Positions 17,643 through 28,237 of a DNA stretch of 37,444 nt are shown here, one piece after another. Numbering within the stretch: position 1 is the first letter of the stretch; every line of letters begins with the position of its first letter. The notes below the pieces were generated by a model, which did not search any database, was not told the DNA's origin, and worked only from the letters and a program-made list of their open reading frames with translations. The stretch is from the IMG/VR virus record IMGVR_UViG_3300038520_002914, positions 1 to 37,444 of that record, one strand, 5' to 3'. Source of the stretch: a virus (taxonomy: Duplodnaviria; Caudoviricetes). The position numbers were made by a program, and so were the translations under genes.

Positions 17643-18656
17643 ATGGCTATTCAAGCTTTAATACCTTACGCTTTAGCGGCATATGGAGGTTATAGAGGTT
17701 ATAGAGGTGCAAAAGAATCAGGTGCATCAGGTATAGGAAGATTATTAGGAACAGCAGCTGGTGCTTATACAGGTTATAATTTAGGAACAATGGTTCCAGG
17801 TGTTTCAGGATCTGGATTTACTCCTTTTACACAAACTAATTTTGCACAATCTCTTGGTTTCGGATCCCCAGAACGAGTAGCAGGAATAACACAAGGTGCT
17901 AATCCAAGATTTTTAGGAGCTGATAAAGCAGGAAACATGATTCCTAATCCAGACTTTGTAGAGGGAGGAAAAGGAGTGGGTATGAATAAGGGTAACATAA
18001 TAGATGTGCTTTTTAGAAAATCACCAGGTGGAGAGATTGATCCTCTTAAATTAGGATTATCAACAGCAGGACTAGCCTTTGCCTCAGGTGCTTTTAAACC
18101 AGGTCCAACTGATATTTATATGCCAGGTTATAATATGAGTTATCTTGAACTTAAGAATCAAAGAGGTAATTTTAAATACATTGACCCGGAAACTGGAGCA
18201 GAAAAAGAATATGAATCAGTTTACGCACCAGAAGAACAAGGAATAGGTGACAGAAGACTTGGTCCTTACTCAATGAACGTTCAAAGATTAAGAGAAGGTG
18301 GTATTGCACAAATAAAAAAATTCAACTCTGGAGGTATAAATTATTTACCTTCAAAGGTTTCACATGATGAAAACGATTCTAACAACTACGTAAGAGCAAG
18401 TGGTTATGTAGAAGATGGATCTGGAGCAGGCGATAAAGACGAGGATACGATGTTAGCTCAATTAGCAGACGGAGAGTTTGTAACAAGAGCAGATGGTGTA
18501 TTAGGTGCTGGTATCATAGCTGGAGGAAATCCAAATAGCATTAAAGATATGAGAGAAAAAGGTGCCCAATACTTTTATGAACAACAAAAAAGATACAAAC
18601 GTGTCTTTGATTTATTAAAGGAAAGTAATGGCAACACTAAGCAAAAAGAAAATTAA
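17643..18656 (+). CDS. Gly-rich putative internal virion/ejection protein
   Basis: AAGGAG RBS; Gly/Ala hydrophobic N-terminus; C-terminal DTMLAQLADGEFV motif. Confidence 0.6.
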   Translation: MAIQALIPYALAAYGGYRGYRGAKESGASGIGRLLGTAAGAYTGYNLGTMVPGVSGSGFTPFTQTNFAQSLGFGSPERVAGITQGANPRFLGADKAGNMIPNPDFVEGGKGVGMNKGNIIDVLFRKSPGGEIDPLKLGLSTAGLAFASGAFKPGPTDIYMPGYNMSYLELKNQRGNFKYIDPETGAEKEYESVYAPEEQGIGDRRLGPYSMNVQRLREGGIAQIKKFNSGGINYLPSKVSHDENDSNNYVRASGYVEDGSGAGDKDEDTMLAQLADGEFVTRADGVLGAGIIAGGNPNSIKDMREKGAQYFYEQQKRYKRVFDLLKESNGNTKQKEN

Positions 18657-19089
18657 ACCTCTTGTAAACGTATTACCAATAGAACCTAAAGATATAGAAA
18701 GGTTTTGGCCTTTGTGTGAGTTTATGGTGGCTGAAGCTTTAGCCTTTTCTGGTAAATATGCTGATCCAGAATATTTTTTTAGAGAATTAAAAAAAGATGT
18801 AATGCAGTGTTGGATTATGTTTGGTTCTGATGAGACAGAAGAGAATAAAGTATTTGGAGTTTGCATTGGAAGAATAGCAGAGTTACCTAATTATAGACAA
18901 TATGAAATAGTTATTTGCACAGGTAAAAGAAGAGAGTTTTGGGAGAATCAATTAGTAAATCAGATAACAGAATTTGCAAAACATAATACATGCAAAAGAT
19001 TATCTATAATGGCACGACCTGGTTGGGAGAGAGTATCAAAACAATGGGGTTGGAAAAAGAAACATGTACAATTAGAGAAGTGGTTATAA
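18628..19089 (+). CDS. GNAT-like virion assembly protein (positional analogue of P22 gp14/T7 gp13)
   Basis: EFAKHNTCKRL..MARPGWER motif; immediately precedes ejection-type genes. Confidence 0.5.
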   Translation: MATLSKKKIKPLVNVLPIEPKDIERFWPLCEFMVAEALAFSGKYADPEYFFRELKKDVMQCWIMFGSDETEENKVFGVCIGRIAELPNYRQYEIVICTGKRREFWENQLVNQITEFAKHNTCKRLSIMARPGWERVSKQWGWKKKHVQLEKWL

Positions 19090-19090
19090 T

Positions 19091-19954
19091 ATGAGTTTTT
19101 TTGGAGGAGGAGGAAGATCATCTGCACCTAGCACACCATCGACACAAACATCGATTGTGAGAGAGGCTCCTGGTATAGAAGAAAGAAAAATAGAATTGAT
19201 GGATATAGCGAGACAAGTCGCTGATAAACCCATCACTCTTCCTAAAATACAAGTTTCACCTTTTACTACTTTAGAACAACAAGGTTTAAGTGCAGCTGGT
19301 CAAACTGGTGTTGGTGCTGCTACCACGACTGCAGGCATAGGATCAATATTAGCAGCTCAACAAGCGGCTGGCCAAGGTCCAAACATATCACAATTTTTTA
19401 ACCCTTATGATCGATTCGTAACAGATGAAATTCTAAGACAAGGTGCAGGAATGCAAAACCAAATAGCAGCACAAGCTGTTCAGTCAGGAGCTTTTGGTGG
19501 TGGTAGAGAGGGTGTGCAACAAGCCGAATTACAAAATAGAATATTAAATCAAGTTGGTAGAGCAAGACAAGCAGGTTTTGGAACAGCATTAGGAGCAGCG
19601 CAAAGAGCACAAGCTCAAGAAATTGCTACGGATTTAGCCGCAGCTCAAGCTTTAGGTGGTGCGGGTTTACAACAACAACAAATGAGACAAGCTGATATTA
19701 ACCAATTGATGGGTGCAGGTGGAGTTCAAAGACAATTAGCTCAATCAGTTTTAGATGCTCAAAGACAATCTACTTTACAACAACAATTTGAACCGTTCCA
19801 AAGAGCAGAGTTTTTAGCTAACCTGTACGCTGCTGGACCTAAAACACAATCAGGTGTTACCATGGGAACACAACCGACTCAAAGTCCATTAGCACAATCA
19901 ATAGGTACAGGAATAGGAGCATTCGCAGCATATCAAGGCGCAAAAACAGCATAG
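19091..19954 (+). CDS. DNA transfer/ejection protein (P22 gp7-like)
   Basis: Gln/Ala/Gly-rich; FFNPY, GAFGGGR motifs; hydrophobic Gly-rich C-terminus. Confidence 0.65.
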   Translation: MSFFGGGGRSSAPSTPSTQTSIVREAPGIEERKIELMDIARQVADKPITLPKIQVSPFTTLEQQGLSAAGQTGVGAATTTAGIGSILAAQQAAGQGPNISQFFNPYDRFVTDEILRQGAGMQNQIAAQAVQSGAFGGGREGVQQAELQNRILNQVGRARQAGFGTALGAAQRAQAQEIATDLAAAQALGGAGLQQQQMRQADINQLMGAGGVQRQLAQSVLDAQRQSTLQQQFEPFQRAEFLANLYAAGPKTQSGVTMGTQPTQSPLAQSIGTGIGAFAAYQGAKTA

Positions 19955-19961
19955 GAGAAAA

Positions 19962-22244
19962 ATGAATAAAGTTTTAAATAGACCTATGTTTCGACAAAAG
20001 GCTTTAAAAAGTGGAGCCCTAAAACCCATTCACGCACGGATAGGTGTAATGGTCGGTGCACCTACTCAAGATATAAGAAATGTTCAATTTAGACCACCTG
20101 CAATAAATCAACAGGGTTTTTACGGAAGAAATGTCAGACCTTTACTGCAAAGAGCAGGGACAGATATAAAAAGTTTTACTAGACGACCAGGACAATTTTT
20201 TACGACACAATCTTTAAGAAGAACACCAGGTATAGCAACAGCTAGATTATTGGGAATTGAGGGTTTGGTTAGACCAGTTAGTGCAGTAACCACTAAGCTT
20301 GGTATTAAAGAAGGTGGACTAAAAGATGCTGTAGATTACGGACTTGCTGGATTAATTGGATTTACACCTATAGGAAGAGCTGCAGGCTTAGCACTTACAG
20401 GTGCGAACGTAATCTTGGGAGCAAAAGATTATGCGTCAGGTCAAAAAATAGGAACCTCTGCAGATGCTTTATTTAAACCTGATTTAGGAGAATCATTAAA
20501 TTTATTTGAACGTCCTGATCCAAATAGACCAAGAAGAAGACAAGATCCAAAACGATTAGATGTTATGAATCAACGAATTGCAGAGAATAGACAAAAGTTG
20601 ATAGATGCAGGTAAAGAAGAATTGTTACCTGAAAATAGATCTAAGTCTAGAAGAAAAGCAGTTGAGTCTAGAATGGCACAATTAGATGTTGCTACAGAGC
20701 CACAAAATACAACAGAGGTAGGCAAGGATAAACTGATTGATACGGCAAAAATATCTGAGAATGCTGTTAATGATGGACAACAATTTGATGAAGGTGATTT
20801 ACAAACTGTGCCTACAGGCCCAGAGGTAACTCAGGTTGCAAAAAAATCAGATGATGAAACTGATGGATTTGGTTTCCCTAAACAAAAAAAATTAACTTCA
20901 GGACAAAAAGATAATGCTACAACAAAAGCTAATCTAGATACAATAAATGATGACTCACCTTACATGGAAGCAATAAGGAATGCTAAGTTAATGGCAGCTG
21001 AAATGAGAAAAGGACAAGCGTCACAAGCTCAAATAACTTTTTTAGCTAATTTAGCTTCAGGTTTATTAACAGGCACAACAAATAAAGCAGGAGCTGGAGG
21101 TGCATTAGAAGTATTTGGTAAGGCTTTAGGGCCAGCCGTAAATAATATGGTCATGGTAAAAATGAAAGAAAATGAATTAGATCAAAATCTTTTAGGTAGA
21201 GCTTTAGAATTCCAAGCAGACTTTTTAAAAGCTCAAAATGATGCTTTTGAAATGCCAGAAACAGCAAAAGTTGGTGTAATACAAATACCTAATGCAAATG
21301 GTAGAATTGTAAACGTACCTGGAAGAATTTTAAAAGATGGTACAAAACAAAGAGCCACTGGTGAAGTAACTGCTGCAGGTGTTAATATTTATCAAACTGT
21401 AGATCCAAGCTTGAACTTTATTTCTAACGAAGATGCAAACAAAGAAACTTTAGAAATAGCTGGAGACTTAGCAGGAAAATATGCTGCACTTAACTTAATT
21501 AATAGAAGTTTGGGTATTATTACATCTGAAGATGCACAAGCTGATGCCGGTGTTACAGGTGCTATAGGATTATATGGAGGTCGTTTAACTGAAGCACTAG
21601 GAGATGTATTTTCTTTTGCTAAACCACAAGGCGATACTAAGAGAGAATTAAAACAATCTGGAAAAACCATGTTCGAACTTGAACAAGAGAAAACAGCAAT
21701 GTTATTAGTCAACGGTGGCGTATTTGAAACAAAACAACAAGCTAAAAAATATTTAAATAATCAAGTAGGATCATTTGAGAAAAATTATAACAAATCTTTA
21801 AGAAATGCTAAAGAAAGATTGAAAGGTGGCTCAGCTTTAGACTATGAAAGATTAGCAATTAACGAAACAGTTCTTGTTTACAAACTTGCAAACTCTTTGA
21901 AATCAAAAGATAGGTTAACTCAAAAAGATATTGAGATGGCTAAAAACCTTGTAAAAGTATTCCCACTATTAAGAGGTGAAAAAAATGTAATAGCCTCTTT
22001 AACTGCAACAGCTGAAACAATTCTTGATGATATTAAACAACAAGAAAGATTGTATGAAAGAGCTGGTGGTTCTTCTCAATATTTATTAAATGAAAGAAGA
22101 GCATATGGCTTATCAACATCTGACACATTAAACACAATGACTGATCTTGAAGATAAAAGATTAAAAAAATTACAAGAAGAAATACAGGATTTAACTGAGG
22201 AAGATTTTTTAAGAATATTCCCACCTGAATTATTTGAGAATTAA
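19962..22244 (+). CDS. Large putative ejection/internal virion protein
   Basis: AGGAG RBS; 760 aa helical; VLNRPMFR N-terminus; Gly/Ala hydrophobic stretches; position. Confidence 0.6.
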   Translation: MNKVLNRPMFRQKALKSGALKPIHARIGVMVGAPTQDIRNVQFRPPAINQQGFYGRNVRPLLQRAGTDIKSFTRRPGQFFTTQSLRRTPGIATARLLGIEGLVRPVSAVTTKLGIKEGGLKDAVDYGLAGLIGFTPIGRAAGLALTGANVILGAKDYASGQKIGTSADALFKPDLGESLNLFERPDPNRPRRRQDPKRLDVMNQRIAENRQKLIDAGKEELLPENRSKSRRKAVESRMAQLDVATEPQNTTEVGKDKLIDTAKISENAVNDGQQFDEGDLQTVPTGPEVTQVAKKSDDETDGFGFPKQKKLTSGQKDNATTKANLDTINDDSPYMEAIRNAKLMAAEMRKGQASQAQITFLANLASGLLTGTTNKAGAGGALEVFGKALGPAVNNMVMVKMKENELDQNLLGRALEFQADFLKAQNDAFEMPETAKVGVIQIPNANGRIVNVPGRILKDGTKQRATGEVTAAGVNIYQTVDPSLNFISNEDANKETLEIAGDLAGKYAALNLINRSLGIITSEDAQADAGVTGAIGLYGGRLTEALGDVFSFAKPQGDTKRELKQSGKTMFELEQEKTAMLLVNGGVFETKQQAKKYLNNQVGSFEKNYNKSLRNAKERLKGGSALDYERLAINETVLVYKLANSLKSKDRLTQKDIEMAKNLVKVFPLLRGEKNVIASLTATAETILDDIKQQERLYERAGGSSQYLLNERRAYGLSTSDTLNTMTDLEDKRLKKLQEEIQDLTEEDFLRIFPPELFEN

Positions 22245-22246
22245 TC

Positions 22247-25200
22247 ATGAGCACATTAAAAAAATTACAGGAAGCATTAGATAATAAAACTCTCAATACA
22301 GATAAACTAACTGATGAGCAAAAAATTATTATCGATGAATTAATTAAACAAAAAAAATTAAGAGGGCCAACTACTGGAGAGCTTTCTGAATTACGTGGTG
22401 CTGCGAGAAGAAAAGCAGCAAGAGATAAAGAATTTTTACAAGACCCTTTAAAAGCAGCGACAGGTGTAGGCCAACCAACTTATGAACTAACAGGTGATGT
22501 AGCAGGTTCTATATTTCCGTATGTTTATAATAGAAAAAAAATTTTTAGAGCAGCAAAAGATGGAAATTTATTTGGTAAAGGACCTGGTTACTTTGCACAA
22601 CAAGCAGCAAAGATTGCTGATAGATTGCCAGGTAGGTTTAAACTATTTGGTGGTGCCATTAGAGGTATAGGAAAATTAGTGGATCCTTTATCTCGAGCTT
22701 ACAGAGGACCATTATTAAAAACTGAAGTTCAATCAATTCTTGGAGGAACAATTGGTGCAGGTGCAGGAGCTTTAACATACGATGTTTTAAATGAGCAAGC
22801 AGGTGTAGAGGTAGCGGCTGCATTAGCAGATGACTTATCTGAAATCCCAGAAGGTGAAGTAAATAGAGATCCATTAGTCAACGCAGGTGTTGCAATGAAG
22901 AATGCAATGATGTGGAACACAGGAGCATCTTTATTATCCCCTTTTATATTTGGCCCTTTTGGTAGAATGATGAGTAAAGCTTTTGGAACGGTTGGACCAA
23001 AACAAAAAGAATTAGCACAATTTGCTAGAGATAAAGGTTTGCCCTTACCCATGTTATCAGCGTTAAAAGAAGGACAAGGACCATTTGCAGGTTTAGGAAG
23101 AAATTATTTTAGATTTATGGGGGTATTCCCATTAGTATCACCAATAGGTAAAGTCGCTAAATCAGAAGCAGAGATCGCTGGTGGTGCAAGATATTTATCA
23201 GATTTACAGGCATACTCTCCCTTATTAAAGGTAAGCGCAGTCAATGCTGCGATAAGACAACAAGCTGAAAAAGTTTTTGTACAAAACGTAGATCTTTATA
23301 ATAGTGCTTATAAAACATTTGATAATTTAGCAGTTACATCAGGTAACCCAAGAATAATAAAATTAACGAAAACACAAAAAGCAGCTAAAGAGTTTTTAGA
23401 TGAAAACGTGGCTCAGTTTCCTGAGTTTGAACAATACATACAAGGATTTGGTGATCTTAAAACATTAGACATAGAAAAAATATTAACCATGCAAGGTGAT
23501 CCAATAAATTTATTTATGAAATCAATGATAGCGATTAAAGATGGTTTAATTACACCAAAACAATTTAAGGGTGTAATGACTATGTTAAATAATGCAATCG
23601 AAGGTAGTAGATATTCTACTTTAAAAAATAACATGTTTATTATGAGAGAGGCGTTAGAAACTGATTTTGCAAAATTTGGAGAGGATCTTTATAATCCAGC
23701 AAAATATCTAGAAGATGAAGGTATTAAAGCTACATATGACACCATAGCTGCACAAAGTGGAAAGGATTTAGCAGATCAATATATACAAACAAATATCAAA
23801 GCAGCGGAACAATTAAAAGGACAACTGTTAAAGGCAAATAAAATATTTGCAGATGTTCAAGGTTTTTATCAACTATCACCTTTAGTTAGAAGTATTAGAA
23901 AATTTGACAGAAATGTATTTACAGCAAAAAGTTTAGAGGGTTTTCAAGGTGCTGGTACACAATATAGAGATCAATTATTCAAAGAAATAGGACGTGAAGT
24001 GTTTGAAAATGATTCAGTTGATGCTTTAGTTCAATTTAAAAAATTGATAGGTGCTGAATCTTCTAAAGAAATAGGGTCAAAAGCTACTAAGGGCGGTGAA
24101 GATTTATTCAAAGCGGTAACAGCGAAGTATGCTTTTAACAAATTCTTAAGAGCATTTAGCAGTCCATCAGATGCAGGAGCAAAATCAGTTTGGAATTTTA
24201 TTGACGAAGATTCTTCTATAAACGCTGGAGCATCCTATCTTACAGACACTTTAAAAGTACTGACAAGAGACCAAAAAAGAAACTTAAAAGATTTTAGTAT
24301 TGAAAACGTAAAAAGAAATAATGGTATTTTTAACACAACAGAATTAAAATTTGGTGGTGATGATTTTGCTGAGTTTAGTGCTGATAAATTTATGGCATCT
24401 TTTGGTATTAAAAATTCATTTGATGAAGGTGGTAGAAGAAAAATTCAATACATGCTTGGTGACAAGGGAGCACAAGAGTTTTATAATTTTGCTTCTTACA
24501 TGAAAGCTATAGGTGAAACAAAGCTCTCAGATCCATCTCAATTCTTAGCTAGAAGACTTACACTTGGTGGTGGTATCGCAGGTGGTTTAATTTTTGGTGC
24601 GCCTGGATTGTTAGCTTCTGCTGCATTGTTATTATTATCAAGAAGAGCAGGACAAATACTAACAGATCCTGTTGCATTAAGAGCTATGAATGATGCCTTA
24701 CTTCCTGAAGAAACAATTAAATTGTTAAGAGGTGAAAAAATTGGAACAGGAACTGTTAAAGCTACTTTTTTACCTGGTAGAGATTATTACTCTGGAAGAA
24801 GTGTTCAAACAATTGTAGATGCATTAAAAGTAAATGGCATATTAGGAAAAACAAAAGCAGTATCAGCATCAGCTATGAAACTTGGTTTAACAAGAAAGAG
24901 AGATGCTTTAGCACGATTAATAAATTATTTAGGTGAAGAAGATAAAGATATACCACGAGTAGATCCTGCAACAATAAGTGAGGCAGAAATTATTGAACAA
25001 TTAAGTGAACTACCTATGTCTATTCCAGAACCATTATTTGAAAAAAATATTCCACCTAAAGTAGAGGAAGGAATGTTTGCTAATGATTTCAGTATATCTT
25101 CTGGAGACGCACAAGAAGATAATAATAATGTTGGAATGATAAATAGATCTATTGCTAATAATAAAATTGTTGAAGCAGAAGAAGAAGAAAGAGACAGACA

Positions 25201-25360
25201 AGAATTTACTTCAATACTTGGTGATATAGAATTCCAAAACCCAGTTGCACCAACTCCACCGAACACCGGACAAGTGACATCACAACAAGTTGCAGATTTA
25301 TTTCCTAACGATCCAACAACGATAGCAGCAGCAAGAAGAAGGGAAACACCACGTGGCTAA
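22247..25360 (+). CDS. Very large putative ejection/internal virion protein
   Basis: 1037 aa helical with two Gly/Ala-rich hydrophobic segments; last large gene of the structural block. Confidence 0.6.
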   Translation: MSTLKKLQEALDNKTLNTDKLTDEQKIIIDELIKQKKLRGPTTGELSELRGAARRKAARDKEFLQDPLKAATGVGQPTYELTGDVAGSIFPYVYNRKKIFRAAKDGNLFGKGPGYFAQQAAKIADRLPGRFKLFGGAIRGIGKLVDPLSRAYRGPLLKTEVQSILGGTIGAGAGALTYDVLNEQAGVEVAAALADDLSEIPEGEVNRDPLVNAGVAMKNAMMWNTGASLLSPFIFGPFGRMMSKAFGTVGPKQKELAQFARDKGLPLPMLSALKEGQGPFAGLGRNYFRFMGVFPLVSPIGKVAKSEAEIAGGARYLSDLQAYSPLLKVSAVNAAIRQQAEKVFVQNVDLYNSAYKTFDNLAVTSGNPRIIKLTKTQKAAKEFLDENVAQFPEFEQYIQGFGDLKTLDIEKILTMQGDPINLFMKSMIAIKDGLITPKQFKGVMTMLNNAIEGSRYSTLKNNMFIMREALETDFAKFGEDLYNPAKYLEDEGIKATYDTIAAQSGKDLADQYIQTNIKAAEQLKGQLLKANKIFADVQGFYQLSPLVRSIRKFDRNVFTAKSLEGFQGAGTQYRDQLFKEIGREVFENDSVDALVQFKKLIGAESSKEIGSKATKGGEDLFKAVTAKYAFNKFLRAFSSPSDAGAKSVWNFIDEDSSINAGASYLTDTLKVLTRDQKRNLKDFSIENVKRNNGIFNTTELKFGGDDFAEFSADKFMASFGIKNSFDEGGRRKIQYMLGDKGAQEFYNFASYMKAIGETKLSDPSQFLARRLTLGGGIAGGLIFGAPGLLASAALLLLSRRAGQILTDPVALRAMNDALLPEETIKLLRGEKIGTGTVKATFLPGRDYYSGRSVQTIVDALKVNGILGKTKAVSASAMKLGLTRKRDALARLINYLGEEDKDIPRVDPATISEAEIIEQLSELPMSIPEPLFEKNIPPKVEEGMFANDFSISSGDAQEDNNNVGMINRSIANNKIVEAEEEERDRQEFTSILGDIEFQNPVAPTPPNTGQVTSQQVADLFPNDPTTIAAARRRETPRG

Positions 25361-25529
25361 AAAATCAGCATTACAAAAAATAGAGCATCACGAGAGAATT
25401 TGCAGATATATGCAAAAACAAACATTCGAAAGAATAGATAGAATGGAAGCTAGAATTGCAAGGATGGAAAAATTTATTATATGTGGATTAGGTGCAATTC
25501 TTTTAGCTGTACTTTCAAATCATATGTAG
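25353..25529 (+). CDS. 58-aa coiled-coil plus C-terminal TM protein (XhlA/holin-like; absent from ORF track)
   Basis: GTG start after AAGGGA; MAKKSALQKIEHHERICRYMQKQTFERIDRMEARIARMEKFIICGLGAILLAVLSNHM. Confidence 0.65.
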   Translation: MAKKSALQKIEHHERICRYMQKQTFERIDRMEARIARMEKFIICGLGAILLAVLSNHM

Positions 25530-25541
25530 TATCAATGCTAC

Positions 25542-26198
25542 ATGAAGCTTCTCAAAAAATATCCTTATAAACACTACAATAGATTTTCTGATAAAACGGG
25601 ACGTAAGTACCTTGTTGATAATGTAAAAGTACCATCTGTTACAACAATACTTAGTGCTACTAAAGATATGACTCAATTAAATAATTGGCGTAGAAGAGTG
25701 GGTGATAAAGAAGCTAATAGAATTATGAATCAAGCCTCTTCAGTTGGAACTGAAATGCACCAAGTGTTGGAGTATTATCTTACAGGGCAAGGTTATTATA
25801 ATGATCAAGAAGAAGGCAATAAACCTAGAATGATGGCAAAGACCATTTTGGACAATATTAAAATAGATGAAGTATGGGGTAATGAAATAAGCCTTGAATA
25901 TCAAAACAAATTTGCTGGTACATGTGATTTAACTGCAGTAGCCTATGGAAAACCTAGCATAGTAGATTGGAAACAAGCAAATAAGCCAAAAAAAGAAGAA
26001 TGGGTGGATGACTATAAACATCAACTAGGAGCCTATTATTTAGCCCATACAGCCAATTACGGGCCCATAGAGCAGGGGGTAATAGCAATTTGTACCCGAG
26101 ACCTCCAATATCAGGAGTTTAAGCTCTCAGAGGCTGAATTGATCGAATATGGCGATAAATTTTTAGAGAGATTAGAACAATATAATAAATTACAATAA
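25542..26198 (+). CDS. PD-(D/E)XK exonuclease
   Basis: PSVTTIL, GTEMH..LE, E...AGTCD...IVDWK, QLGAY. Confidence 0.85.
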   Translation: MKLLKKYPYKHYNRFSDKTGRKYLVDNVKVPSVTTILSATKDMTQLNNWRRRVGDKEANRIMNQASSVGTEMHQVLEYYLTGQGYYNDQEEGNKPRMMAKTILDNIKIDEVWGNEISLEYQNKFAGTCDLTAVAYGKPSIVDWKQANKPKKEEWVDDYKHQLGAYYLAHTANYGPIEQGVIAICTRDLQYQEFKLSEAELIEYGDKFLERLEQYNKLQ

Positions 26199-27617
26199 CC
26201 AGCTTTTTAGGTCTTCTTCCCCTAGGGTTTTAGCTGCGACTTGACCTTTGTTTACCAAAGACTTCATTATTGCTTCATCTAGAGTATTTTTAGCCACAAT
26301 ATCCACATAAACCACAGATCCTGTTTGACCCATTCTGTGCGCCCTGTCTTCTGATTGCATTCTTACCTCTAAATTATAATTATTTGAGAAATAAACTACT
26401 GTATTACAAGCTGTAAGTGTTAAACCAAAACCACCAGTTGTTGGGTTTCCAACAAAAAAACGTACATTAGAATCATTCTGAAAAAGCTCTACTGCTTTTT
26501 TTCTATCTTCAACACCAACTTCACCAAATATACTTACCACTGATTGGTCGCCATACCTGGATTTTAAAGAGTGTATTATTTGATGTATATTCCATAAATA
26601 ATTAGCCCAAATTATGATTTTACCATCTGATTCGTCAATTATTTCGTGTAAAGCTTTTATTTTTTGATCATGTAATGGCAACATTTTACCATCATCATCT
26701 TTTGTAAAACCATTACAGACTTGATGTAACTTAATTATTTCTGTAAGTTTATTGGAGAATGATATTGTACTATCTTCAACTATTGCAAGTGCACTCGTTC
26801 GTAACCGATTATAAATATTTTTGCTTTCACCTTCGAGTTCAATGTATCTTTTCTGACGTACCTTCGGCTTGAGGTCTAAACATTGGTCTTTTCGTATTCT
26901 AGTTGCAAATTGTTTTAATTTCATTTCTAATTCCTCTAACCTTTTGTAATATTTAGGAACTGATATGAACCTACCAGATCCGACTGGTATATCAGTCATT
27001 TCAGCATATCTATTTCTAAAAGCCAAATAACTAGAAAATCCCAAAAGTTCTGGACTTAAAAATTGACATTGTGTAAAAAGATCTAATGGAGATTTTGTTA
27101 TTGGGGATCCTGTTAGTATTCGCCTTATATGAGATAGTTTTCGCAGTCCTAAAATATTTTTTGTTCTTTTTGCTGATTTGTTTTTTATTGTGGTTGATTC
27201 ATCCAGCACTACAAAGTTTAATTTATTTTTAGATAAAAAATCTACACAACCATCAAAACCTCTTTTTGTTGATAAAGCTTCAACGTTGATTAGAAAGATT
27301 CTAAGGTGTTCATATTTATTTAATTTTTCATAGTCTTTAGGTTTATCTATATTCCATTTAAAAATCTTATATTTAATAGCTTTGGGCATATGGGTTTCTA
27401 TTTCACTCTCCCATATGGTGTAAACTGATTTAGGTGCTATTACTAATACAGCATTTATTTTACCTTTAAATGATAGATACCCAATGTTATCAATAGTAAC
27501 CTTAGTTTTTCCAGTACCCATCTCCATGAAATAAGCCCATTGTGTTTTTTCAGCAGATTCATTTAAGGCCTCCCTTTGATGTTCGTAGGGTTTAGTTTTG
27601 TACGGATATTTCCACAT
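26190..27617 (-). CDS. SNF2-family helicase
   Basis: MEMGTGKT, LDES, LTGSP, GFGLTL, QSEDRAHRMGQ. Confidence 0.92.
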   Translation of the reverse strand: MWKYPYKTKPYEHQREALNESAEKTQWAYFMEMGTGKTKVTIDNIGYLSFKGKINAVLVIAPKSVYTIWESEIETHMPKAIKYKIFKWNIDKPKDYEKLNKYEHLRIFLINVEALSTKRGFDGCVDFLSKNKLNFVVLDESTTIKNKSAKRTKNILGLRKLSHIRRILTGSPITKSPLDLFTQCQFLSPELLGFSSYLAFRNRYAEMTDIPVGSGRFISVPKYYKRLEELEMKLKQFATRIRKDQCLDLKPKVRQKRYIELEGESKNIYNRLRTSALAIVEDSTISFSNKLTEIIKLHQVCNGFTKDDDGKMLPLHDQKIKALHEIIDESDGKIIIWANYLWNIHQIIHSLKSRYGDQSVVSIFGEVGVEDRKKAVELFQNDSNVRFFVGNPTTGGFGLTLTACNTVVYFSNNYNLEVRMQSEDRAHRMGQTGSVVYVDIVAKNTLDEAIMKSLVNKGQVAAKTLGEEDLKSWLL

Positions 27618-27687
27618 CAGAAAAAATATATAATTTTTTTATTGCAAAGATCAAGAAGATAATTTACAGACACTTCAGGAGGAAAAT

Positions 27688-28227
27688 ATGGATATAGAAC
27701 AAATGTCATCCATTGACATTAGTCAGGAAAATATAAAATCAATTTCTGATAAATGTCACCAACTACAACAACTCCAAAAGCAATATAAGGAAAAAGAGGA
27801 AGAGCTTTCAAAGATAAAATCTCAAGTAAGAGATATGGAAGAACGAATCATTCCTGAAATGATGCAGGAAGCTGGCGTGTCAAAAATTAAACTCAAAGAT
27901 GGCACAGAAGTAGAAGTTAAACCTTTCTACGCAGCAAAAATTCCTGAATCAAGAGTTGACGAAGCTTTCGGTTGGTTGAGGGGGCAGGGCTTTGAAGATC
28001 TTATTAAGAACACAGTCACTGCTAATTTCAATCGAGGCCAGGACAACCAAGTGTCGGAGCTTATAAAAGTTTGTGAGGAACATGGGTTTGCTTATTCAAA
28101 AAAAGAAAAAGTTGAGCCTATGACTTTAAAAGCTTTTGTAAGAGAACAAATTGAAAGTGGTAATAAAATACCTTTTGATTTGTTTGGCGTTTATATTGCA
28201 AATAAAACAAAAATAACAAACAAATAA
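27688..28227 (+). CDS. Conserved replication-module protein with N-terminal coiled coil
   Basis: AGGAGG RBS; AFGWLR..G..DLIK and VEPMTLKAFVRE motifs. Confidence 0.75.
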   Translation: MDIEQMSSIDISQENIKSISDKCHQLQQLQKQYKEKEEELSKIKSQVRDMEERIIPEMMQEAGVSKIKLKDGTEVEVKPFYAAKIPESRVDEAFGWLRGQGFEDLIKNTVTANFNRGQDNQVSELIKVCEEHGFAYSKKEKVEPMTLKAFVREQIESGNKIPFDLFGVYIANKTKITNK

Positions 28228-28237
28228 CGGAGAACAA

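Noticed and set aside
19105-19116. GGAGGAGGAGGA as a regulatory repeat
   Set aside because: Explained as Gly codons at the N-terminus of the ejection protein.
25542-26198. Cas4/CRISPR system
   Set aside because: No four-Cys Fe-S pattern, no other cas genes, no repeat-spacer array; an ordinary phage exonuclease.
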